In this document: piece after piece, positions 11,028-18,587 of the stretch | Layout of the letters: each line of letters opens with the position of its first letter | Position numbering within the stretch: the first letter of the stretch is position 1 | NCBI GenBank assembly: GCA_046094445.1 | Contig: JBJTHL010000231.1 | Coordinates: 1-35,596, forward strand | Direction: 5' to 3' | DNA: 35,596 nucleotides | From: Vulcanococcus sp. | GTDB lineage: Bacteria; Cyanobacteriota; Cyanobacteriia; PCC-6307; Cyanobiaceae | The notes under the pieces: model-generated | Seen by the model: only the letters and a program-made list of their open reading frames with translations | What the model was told of the DNA's origin: nothing | The model's database searches: none | Program-made: the position numbers and the translations under genes

Positions 11028-11860
11028 TGGGGGAGCTGGAGCGGCAAGCCCTGGAACGCAGCCAGACGGCAGAGGCCTGTGGCGCGCTGGTGCCGCTGAA
11101 CACAGCCTGTCTGGATGACGCTGCCTGGCATCCCTTTCAGCTGCGACGCCTGCTCTCCCGCACCCCTAAGCACCTGCGGGCCGACGGGCCCAAACCGAAT
11201 CCCTTTCTGCCCTGGGAGCCGGCGTTGGAGATCGAGCGGCTGGGGCAGAGCCATGTGGTGCTGCTCAACAAGTTCCCCGTGCAGCGGGGCCATCTGCTGC
11301 TGATCAGCCAGCAGTGGCAGCCGCAATCCGGCTGGATCCAGGCCGGTGACTGGCAGGCCGTGGCGCAGATGGATGCGGATACCCCTGGTCTGTGGTTTTT
11401 CAACAGCTGTGCCGCCGCCGGCGCCAGCCAACCGCACCGGCACCTGCAACTGCTGCCCCGCGCTCCCCAGGTGCCCAGCTGTCCGCTGGCGGCGGCCATC
11501 GCGCAACAGCTCACGGCAGGGGTCCGGCCCTGGCCCTGGAGGTACCGCATCAGTCGACGCGAGGCCAGCGGCGGGCCCGAGGCCGCTGAGGAGCTGGCCA
11601 GCTTGTACCACGACCAGCTCAGCAGTCTGGGGCTGGGGACACCCGAGGGGGATCCGGCGCCACGCCACCCCTACAACCTGGTGTTCGACCGGCACTGGTT
11701 GATGACGGTGCAACGGCGGCAGGAGCACTGGGCCGGATTCAGCGTCAACGCCCTGGGATTCGCCGGCTCTCTGCTGCTAACCGAACGCTCGGACGAGGCC
11801 TGGCTTCGACAGCACGGGCCTCTGGCGTTGCTGCAGGCCGTGGCCACCCCTCTGCCTTGA
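11027..11860 (+). CDS. ATP adenylyltransferase / Ap4A phosphorylase II
   Basis: NPFLP, LLNKFPV..GH.LLI, FFNS...AGASQPHRHLQ (HxHxQ), YNL, SVNALGFAG. Confidence 0.9.
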   Translation: MGELERQALERSQTAEACGALVPLNTACLDDAAWHPFQLRRLLSRTPKHLRADGPKPNPFLPWEPALEIERLGQSHVVLLNKFPVQRGHLLLISQQWQPQSGWIQAGDWQAVAQMDADTPGLWFFNSCAAAGASQPHRHLQLLPRAPQVPSCPLAAAIAQQLTAGVRPWPWRYRISRREASGGPEAAEELASLYHDQLSSLGLGTPEGDPAPRHPYNLVFDRHWLMTVQRRQEHWAGFSVNALGFAGSLLLTERSDEAWLRQHGPLALLQAVATPLP

Positions 11861-11953
11861 GCGAGACGCCGGGGGAATTCCGTGGTCTCACGGATGCGGC
11901 GGCACGTTGCCTGCGCCTTGGCTGAAGGAGCCCAGTGTCTCCATCCCCAGCCC

Positions 11954-12685
11954 ATGGCCAGCCGTTCCCATCCCTCCGCCCGCTATGGCCAGGCGGGCCG
12001 AGGTCTGCAGGAGCGCAATGCGCGGGTGCAGGCGCACCTGGCCCTGGTGGGGCCGATCGCCAGCCATTACGCCCGCCGCAGCCCTGAATCCTGCGACGAT
12101 CTCGACCAGGTGGGCCGCCTGGGCCTGATCCGTGCCGCCGAGTTGTACGACAGCCAGCAGGCGGTTCCGTTCAGCGCCTATGCCCGCCGCCATGTGCGGG
12201 GCGCCATCCTGCATTACCTGCGCGATACGGCACCGCTGGTGCGCGAGCCCAGGCGGTTGCAGGAACGGCGCCGACTGCTGCGGCAACAGGAGTGCCGGCT
12301 CACCAGCGCACTGGGGCGCAGACCCAGCAGCGAGGAGCTGCGGCGCAGTCTGGCGTTGAACGAGGAGCAATGGAGCGACCTGGCACGGACGGCCGGTGGC
12401 TGGCAGCAGGGCTGGCTGGACGAGCTCGAACAGAACCAGCACGGGGATGACGAGGAGCAGGCGGAGCAGGACTGCCGGCGCGGGGAACGCCTGCGGAGTG
12501 CCTTGCATGCCCTGCCAGCGCCTCAGCGGCGTGTAGTGCGTGCCGTGGTGCTGGAGGGGCAGAGCCTGCGGAAGGTGGCCGAACAGCAGGGCACGAGTCT
12601 GACCACCACCCACCGCCAGCTCCAACGGGCTCTGGACCTGCTCAGGACTCGCCTGAGCGACCCATCTGCCGTTCCAGGGTGCTGA
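11954..12685 (+). CDS. Group 3 sigma-70 factor, SigF/SigB-like
   Basis: Region 2 DDLDQVGRLGLIRAAELYD....PFSAYA...VRGAILHYLRD, region 3 LGRRPS.EEL, region 4 HTH SLRKVAEQ. Confidence 0.88.
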   Translation: MASRSHPSARYGQAGRGLQERNARVQAHLALVGPIASHYARRSPESCDDLDQVGRLGLIRAAELYDSQQAVPFSAYARRHVRGAILHYLRDTAPLVREPRRLQERRRLLRQQECRLTSALGRRPSSEELRRSLALNEEQWSDLARTAGGWQQGWLDELEQNQHGDDEEQAEQDCRRGERLRSALHALPAPQRRVVRAVVLEGQSLRKVAEQQGTSLTTTHRQLQRALDLLRTRLSDPSAVPGC

Positions 12686-12785
12686 TGGCCGCGTTGATGG
12701 CCGCCAGTTGCCGCTCCAGACCATCACGCCAGAAGCTCAGGGTCTGCAATTTGCGCTCCTGATGGCGGCGGCGGAGCTTGTGCAT
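12642..12785 (-). CDS. Small coiled-coil hypothetical protein convergent with the sigma factor
   Basis: MHKLRRRHQERKLQTLSFWRDGLERQLAAINAAISTLERQM; amphipathic heptad pattern; start at ATG 12785 or 12824. Confidence 0.65.
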   Translation of the reverse strand: MHKLRRRHQERKLQTLSFWRDGLERQLAAINAAISTLERQMGRSGES

Positions 12786-13019
12786 GGCTTCGGGATCAGC
12801 ACAACCCAGGAACGGCGGAAGCATGGGAAACTGTGACGGTCATGCCGTTCTAGCGGTCGATTCCGGTCTTCCGTGCGTCAGGCCTGCCCCGCGGCTGCCA
12901 GTTGCGATGATGCAGTATCCGTGGGCGCGCTGGCCGGCCAGGGGATGAAGCAATCCCGTATCCCCACGACCCCAGCATCCGTCGTCCGCATGGTGAGAGC
13001 AGTCGGTCCCATCAGTTCC

Positions 13020-14600
13020 ATGCGACCCCTGCTGTCAGCCCTGTCGCTGCTGGCCATGGTGCTGGTGGCCCCTCCCCCGGCTTCCGCCTACGTGGCCCTG
13101 ATGGCCGGGCAGCGGGCACGGCCCCTGCAGGGGCAGTTCAACACGGTGCCGGTGTTGCATTCCAACCAGCCCGAGGAGGTGCTGGGGCCAGGGATCCTGG
13201 TGAACACCATGCCCGGCTGGGGGATCGCCGCTGAAACCAACCAGGCCCTGGCCAACGCCACTTACACCTTCAATGGTGAGTTCGGCCTGCATGTCCACCA
13301 CAAGTATTACCCCCAGAACCGCAGCCGCATCGTCGGCAGCAACGGACGCCGCGGTGAACTCACCCTGGCGACAATCCTGATCAACCCCAGTGCGCAACCG
13401 GTGCACATCCGCTTTGAGCGTGGTGCCGTGCGCAACAGCTTTGAGGCCCCCTATCTGGCGACGAATCTGATGGGTGTGAAGCCCCTTGGACCGCGCCCCT
13501 GGAACACCGGGCCGGGCGATGCCACTGCGATTCAAATGCTGCGCGGCAAACTGGATCCGCGTCTCAGCGATGAGATCACCATTCCGGCCGGCAGCCGTGT
13601 GGTGCTGTTCCGCACCGAACTGCCCGCCAAGGGCATTGCCAATGCCCTGTTGCGCGGCCGCAGCGATGGGCCCTTCCAGATGGCTGTGGTGGCGGCGGAA
13701 GACCCCATGGGTGATGCCGATGTGTTCGCGGTTCTGAATCGCGGACAGCTGGCACCGGGGCGCATCTATCTGAAACGGGTGTCGCAGATTGAGGACGGCA
13801 CGGTGTTTTCCCGCGTGGCCGGCGTTGCCCTGGGGGATGCCTACAGCGCGAGCCTCCAGCACGATCTCAGCCAGGCACCGCTGCACGTTCCTCTCACCAG
13901 CACCCACCGCCACAACTTCGGCACCGGTGAGGTGCAGGTGAACAGCCTGGCCAGTCGCATGCTGGATTCCTCGATCAACAACGTGGGCACCTACGGCGTT
14001 CGTTTTGATCTCGATCTCCAATTGCAGGGGTCCGGGCCCTACCTGCTGGTGCTCAGCCACCCCAGTGCCAATGGCCGCACCTTCACCGCGTTCCGAGGGT
14101 CCATCGGCATCCAGACCGATGAGGGCTACCGCGAGGTGCATGTGGGCATGCGCTCCGGCCAGAGCCTGCCCCTCAGCGACCTGAACCTGAAGCCAGGGGT
14201 GGTCAACAACGTGCGGGTGAGTCTGGTGTACCCGGCCGACGCCACCCCCGGGCATCTGCTCAGTGTGGTCCCGGAGCAGCAGATGGCTCAGCTCCAGCAA
14301 CGGGAACAACAACTGGCGGCGGCCCAGATCCTGGCGGCCAGTCGCACAGCCATGCCCACGATCGATCCGCCCGGCCTGGATGCCGACCCCGGCCCACCGC
14401 AGGTGGTGGCCAGCCAACCCTCCCGGCCCGCGATCCGGCCGCTTCCGGGCTGGCGCGAGCAACTGCAACTGCCCCTGCTCCCCCCACCGATGGCACCGGA
14501 GACCAGCGGGGCCACCCGCATGAGCCAGGGCCTGATGGAGCGCTATCAGCAGGCGGTCGAAGCCCAGAAGCTGTTCATCAGATCGCTGAACGGCCGATAA
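13020..14600 (+). CDS. DUF3370 family exported protein
   Basis: Signal peptide (MRPLLSALSLLAMVLVAPPPASA) followed by RPL.G....VPV..SNQPE.V...GILV.T, F..H.HH and GTYGV; Pro/Gln-rich C-terminal tail. Confidence 0.8.
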   Translation: MRPLLSALSLLAMVLVAPPPASAYVALMAGQRARPLQGQFNTVPVLHSNQPEEVLGPGILVNTMPGWGIAAETNQALANATYTFNGEFGLHVHHKYYPQNRSRIVGSNGRRGELTLATILINPSAQPVHIRFERGAVRNSFEAPYLATNLMGVKPLGPRPWNTGPGDATAIQMLRGKLDPRLSDEITIPAGSRVVLFRTELPAKGIANALLRGRSDGPFQMAVVAAEDPMGDADVFAVLNRGQLAPGRIYLKRVSQIEDGTVFSRVAGVALGDAYSASLQHDLSQAPLHVPLTSTHRHNFGTGEVQVNSLASRMLDSSINNVGTYGVRFDLDLQLQGSGPYLLVLSHPSANGRTFTAFRGSIGIQTDEGYREVHVGMRSGQSLPLSDLNLKPGVVNNVRVSLVYPADATPGHLLSVVPEQQMAQLQQREQQLAAAQILAASRTAMPTIDPPGLDADPGPPQVVASQPSRPAIRPLPGWREQLQLPLLPPPMAPETSGATRMSQGLMERYQQAVEAQKLFIRSLNGR

Positions 14601-14626
14601 CGTCTGCAGGGGGCCAGCGAGCGAAC

Positions 14627-15697
14627 GTGGGGCAGGACGAGCCAGGCAAGCGGCGCATCTCGCTGGATCTCAGCGAGGACATGGTGGCTTGGCTCGACAA
14701 GCTCAAGCCGGAATATGGGCTGCGCAGCCGCGGCGCCATCGTGCAACAGCTGCTGGCCATCCTGCGCGACGACAGCCCCGATGAGGACGCCCAGCCGCCC
14801 TCCATCAGCGCCGCCGCCGCACAGACCAGCCGCGAGGACACCGCGGCAGCCACCCGGAGCGAAACCGAGCACGAACCCAGACCCTTCGAGGACAGCACGG
14901 CTATCGTCCTCATTCATTCATCCTTAGTCTCGCAACAAGACCCAGCGCAAGTCTCATCCAAAGAGCGCGAGACAGACCCCGCATTGGGCGTAGGCCGCCA
15001 GGGAGGCGCCGCCGGTCGAGGCATCCAGCTCCCTGGTTTTGTGCGCCGACAGGCCCGGGAACTGCGTCGCAGCCTGCAGGTGGAGCCGAAGAGCGTCGAA
15101 GCGGACCGTGGACTCTCCCTGATCAGCGACGAGGATCTCCGGGAGGCGCTGGAGCGGGTCGACCAGCACTGGAATGAGGTGTACGGGCAGCCCCCTGGCG
15201 AATCGGTGCTCGAGGCGGCGATGGTCTGGCTGGCGCGCGACGTGTGGCCGCAGTCGGATCACAGCGATGGCCGCCCCTTCAGCTGGAGCCTGGCCCAGCA
15301 GGTGGTGCACTCCTTCGCTCCCAGTTGGTCAATCGCGGAATCCAGCCTGGCTCGGGTGATCACTGCCGCTGGGGTGCTCGAGGATCCGTTCAGCGGCGGC
15401 ACCCTCGCTGTGCGCATCCCCACCCTGATCACCCGCTTTGTGCAACGCCACCGCAGCCGCCAGAAGCGCACCACCTCCTTCGAGGCCATCGACCAGACGA
15501 TGACGGTTCACAGCGCCCTACGGCTGCTGCAGCTACCCACCGTTGCCGATCGCCCCTACAGCTTCAAGGAAATCCGCGATGCCTATCGCGATCAGGCACA
15601 ACAGCACCACCCCGATGCCGGCGGCTCCCCGGAGGCGATGCGCCGCCTCAACGAGGCCTACCAGTTCCTCAAGGAGCGCTACCGCCGAGCCGCCTGA
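14627..15697 (+). CDS. J-domain (DnaJ-type) protein with N-terminal ribbon-helix-helix-like segment
   Basis: C-terminal IRDAYR..A.QHHPDAGG...MRRLNEAYQ.LK (HPD motif); N-terminal RRISLDLSEDMVAWLDKL...GLRSRGAIVQQLL; GTG start. Confidence 0.85.
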   Translation: MGQDEPGKRRISLDLSEDMVAWLDKLKPEYGLRSRGAIVQQLLAILRDDSPDEDAQPPSISAAAAQTSREDTAAATRSETEHEPRPFEDSTAIVLIHSSLVSQQDPAQVSSKERETDPALGVGRQGGAAGRGIQLPGFVRRQARELRRSLQVEPKSVEADRGLSLISDEDLREALERVDQHWNEVYGQPPGESVLEAAMVWLARDVWPQSDHSDGRPFSWSLAQQVVHSFAPSWSIAESSLARVITAAGVLEDPFSGGTLAVRIPTLITRFVQRHRSRQKRTTSFEAIDQTMTVHSALRLLQLPTVADRPYSFKEIRDAYRDQAQQHHPDAGGSPEAMRRLNEAYQFLKERYRRAA

Positions 15698-15974
15698 TCG
15701 CCAGGTCTCAAGGGACTCACGCGAGACGCGCTCCTGGTCTCGTCCCACCTCTCAGGCGCGATAGTCAGGAGCCGAAGCCCTGCGACCGAGCGGACGCCGA
15801 CTGAAGGACAGGCTGCAGGATGACGGCGGGCGCCACTCTTTTAAACAATCTCGATTGCCTGCAATTCTGGCTGTGCAGGTTGGGGCTTTTCCCGCACCCC
15901 TCCTGCGCACCTGCAGCCGACGGATCAGCAACCCAGTCGAGGGCCATCGGAGTGCCCCAGAGCTCGGGGAGCCA

Positions 15975-16014
15975 GAGGCGTGTCCAACCGCTGCAATGAG
16001 GGCTGTCCAACCGC
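15975..16014. repeat. Imperfect 17-bp direct repeat GAGG(cg/gc)TGTCCAACCGC
   Basis: Copies at 15975-15991 and 15998-16014 with an identical 11-bp core, period 23 bp. Confidence 0.75.
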
Positions 16015-16066
16015 ACCATCCGCCTGGACAGGCGGCCAGGAAACCAGTCTGAGCGTTAGTTTTCAG

Positions 16067-16101
16067 GCGTGCGTACCTGCTGTAGACACAGGTACGCACG
16101 C
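16067..16101. repeat. Perfect 13-bp inverted repeat / hairpin
   Basis: GCGTGCGTACCTG (16067-16079), 9-nt loop, CAGGTACGCACGC (16089-16101). Confidence 0.9.
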
Positions 16102-16569
16102 TCGAGGGAACTGGAGCAGGTCCGCCGTAAGAGCCCGTGCAGCCAGCACAGCAGCAGGCAGGCCGCCGGAGCCATGAGGGTCTCAGTTGGATCGCCAGAG
16201 CCCTGTTATTGGACTTTCATGTGGTCCAGGTTGAGATACCTACGACGCCTGGATCGATGTGCGCAGCTTCGACTCCCCGCTCCGGCAGCAGCGCAAAGCC
16301 TCGCCCGAGGGTCGACCGCACACCAGGGAGGTGCGTGGCAGCAAGCGCGGATCTGAATGCAGCTCCTGAAGACAGCGGGGGGCGAGAATCCAGCTGATCT
16401 CGGGCTGGTGCGGTCACAAGACCAGTACTGCGTCCATAATGAGATACAAGCGACACGACGGTTCTGCCCCGCACGCCACTCATGGAGCTGCAGCCGGGCT
16501 TCCATGGTCTGCAGAGGCGCTGCCACACCTGCCGGAGAACGCGGGCTTGGCCGGACATCCAGCACCCAC

Positions 16570-16592
16570 AAAAAACCGGCCTGACGGCCGGT
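16570..16592 (-). terminator. Intrinsic terminator of apcD
   Basis: Minus strand reads ACCGGCC-GTCA-GGCCGGT-TTTTT, just downstream of the apcD stop. Confidence 0.85.
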
Positions 16593-16615
16593 GGAGGGGT
16601 TGAAGGCCACAGCGC

Positions 16616-17110
16616 TCAAGCTGGGGTCTGCATGCCCTGGATCAGGAAATCGAAATAGGGGGCAGCGATGGCGGCGTCGCCGGTGCTCAGCAGGGCCAGG
16701 GAGGCGTCCTTCATGCAGCGCATCGACTCGACCATGCCGGGCATGGGGACGCCGAGGCTGTTGTACATCTCGCGGGCACCTTCGAGGCCGATTTTCTGGA
16801 TCAGCTCGGTGCTGCCGGCCAGCACGCCGTAGGTGACGAGCCGCAGGTACCAGCTGAAGTCGCGCAGGCACTGGGCCCGCTGCTTCTGGCCATAGGCGTT
16901 GCCGCCGGGTGCGACGTATTCAGGCTTGCGGCTGAACAGCTGCTTGGCCGATTCGTCGACGATCTTTTTCTCGTTGTCCGTCAGGACACGAACGATGTTC
17001 AGCCGCCCGGAGCCACCGGAGAGAAACTCCACCATGGAGCGGAGCTCGCCGCCGGTGGGATAGCGGAGCTGATCGTCCGCCTGAAGGATCAGATCGCGTA
17101 CGACGCTCAT
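16616..17110 (-). CDS. apcD: Allophycocyanin alpha-B subunit
   Basis: [31 protein letters not shown]...RAQCLRD (bilin Cys), [22 protein letters not shown]; stand-alone gene of 164 aa from ATG 17110. Confidence 0.93.
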   Translation of the reverse strand: MSVVRDLILQADDQLRYPTGGELRSMVEFLSGGSGRLNIVRVLTDNEKKIVDESAKQLFSRKPEYVAPGGNAYGQKQRAQCLRDFSWYLRLVTYGVLAGSTELIQKIGLEGAREMYNSLGVPMPGMVESMRCMKDASLALLSTGDAAIAAPYFDFLIQGMQTPA

Positions 17111-17222
17111 TAAAACCACCTTGCGCCCCGGCAGTCTATCCAGTTCGGAGCCCATGGCTGACGCTGGCCGACCAGAGGTTTACGCACCGATAGGGTCAAG
17201 GGTGGCAGCGGTTCAACGGCCC

Positions 17223-18587
17223 ATGGGCACAGCGGTGGCGACGCTCGGTCAGCGGCTCACGCTGACCATTGATGGCCTCGGCCACGAGGGCCAGGGGGTG
17301 GGGCGCTGGGGCGAGATGGTGGTGTTCGTTCCCGAGGCCTTGCCGGGCGAAACGGTGCAGGTGCGGGTGCGTCGCCGCGCCAGGCGTCATCTGGAGGCGG
17401 AGCTGCTGGGGGTGGAGCAACCCTCACCGGATCGGCAGCGGCCCGCCTGCATCCTGGCCAGCCGCTGCGGCGGCTGCACCCTGCTGCATTGCCAGGACCA
17501 GCGGCAGGCTGAGCTCAAGACCGACCTGGTGCGTCAGGCGCTGCAGCGCCTGGGCCAGCTCAGCGTGCCGGTGCCGCCGATCTGGCGCGCGGCCAGTGGT
17601 CTCGGCTATCGCAACCGCGCCCTGATCCCCCTGGAGCGCACAGCTGAAGGCACGTTGCGGGCCGGGTATTACCGGCGGGGTAGCCATCGCATCGTCAATC
17701 TCAACCGCTGTCCGGTGCTGGATCCACGCATCGATGATCTGATTGCCGAGATCAAGGACGACCTGGAGGCCAACGGCTGGCCGGTGGATGTGAACCTGGC
17801 GGGCTCTGGTGGACTCCGCCATCTGGGCTTGCGGGTGGGCCACCACAGCGGTGAGGTGCTGATCACGCTGGTGAGCAGTCACGAGCGGCTTCCAGGGCTC
17901 GAGCAACTGGCCGCCGCGTGGCAAGGCCGCTGGCCTCAGGTGGTGGGTGTGGGGCTGAATCTGCAACCCAAAGCCAACAACGTGATCCTCGGACCCAGCA
18001 CCCACTGCCTCAGTGGCCGCCCCTGGCTGCTGGAACGCTTCGCCGGTACAGAGCTGCGCATCGCCGGCGACACCTTCTTCCAGGTGAACACACCCCAGGC
18101 GGAGCGCCTGGTGGAGCCGCTGGTGGAGTTTTTCAGCGCAGGACTATGCGACGGGCCGATCGTGGATGCCTACTGCGGCATCGGCACCTTCAGCCTGCCC
18201 CTGGCGGCGGCAGGCGCCAGGGTGCTGGGCCTTGAACTGCATGGCGCCTCCGTGGAGCAAGCCACGGCCAACGCCGCACGCAACGGGCTCACCCAGGCTC
18301 GATTCGAGCAGGCGGATGTGGCCGGCGTGCTCAGCGATCGCCTGAAGGGGGCCGCCGGACTGCTGGTGGATCCACCCCGACGTGGTCTGAGCCCCGAGGC
18401 CCTGGCCGCGATCCAGGCCGGCCTGCCGCCGCGGCTGGCCTACATCAGCTGCAACCCGGCCACCCTGGCGCGCGACCTGGGGCAGCTGTGCGCCGATGGC
18501 CGCTACCGGCTGCAGCGGCTGCAGCCGGTGGATTTCTTCCCGCAGACCAGTCACGTGGAGTGCCTGGCACTGCTGGAACGGACCTGA
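17223..18587 (+). CDS. rlmD: 23S rRNA (uracil-5)-methyltransferase RlmD/RumA
   Basis: TRAM domain, C....CGGC Fe-S motif, FFQVN, DAYCGIG, VDPPR.G, YISCNPATLARD, DFFPQT.HVE. Start uncertain (17154 or 17223). Confidence 0.93.
   Translation: MGTAVATLGQRLTLTIDGLGHEGQGVGRWGEMVVFVPEALPGETVQVRVRRRARRHLEAELLGVEQPSPDRQRPACILASRCGGCTLLHCQDQRQAELKTDLVRQALQRLGQLSVPVPPIWRAASGLGYRNRALIPLERTAEGTLRAGYYRRGSHRIVNLNRCPVLDPRIDDLIAEIKDDLEANGWPVDVNLAGSGGLRHLGLRVGHHSGEVLITLVSSHERLPGLEQLAAAWQGRWPQVVGVGLNLQPKANNVILGPSTHCLSGRPWLLERFAGTELRIAGDTFFQVNTPQAERLVEPLVEFFSAGLCDGPIVDAYCGIGTFSLPLAAAGARVLGLELHGASVEQATANAARNGLTQARFEQADVAGVLSDRLKGAAGLLVDPPRRGLSPEALAAIQAGLPPRLAYISCNPATLARDLGQLCADGRYRLQRLQPVDFFPQTSHVECLALLERT

Noticed and set aside
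15698-16569. tmRNA, RNase P RNA, 6S RNA or CRISPR array in the long intergenic gap
   Set aside because: No tRNA-like ends, tag peptide or RnpB conserved motifs. The repeat has only two short copies with a 6-nt gap, and there are no cas genes.
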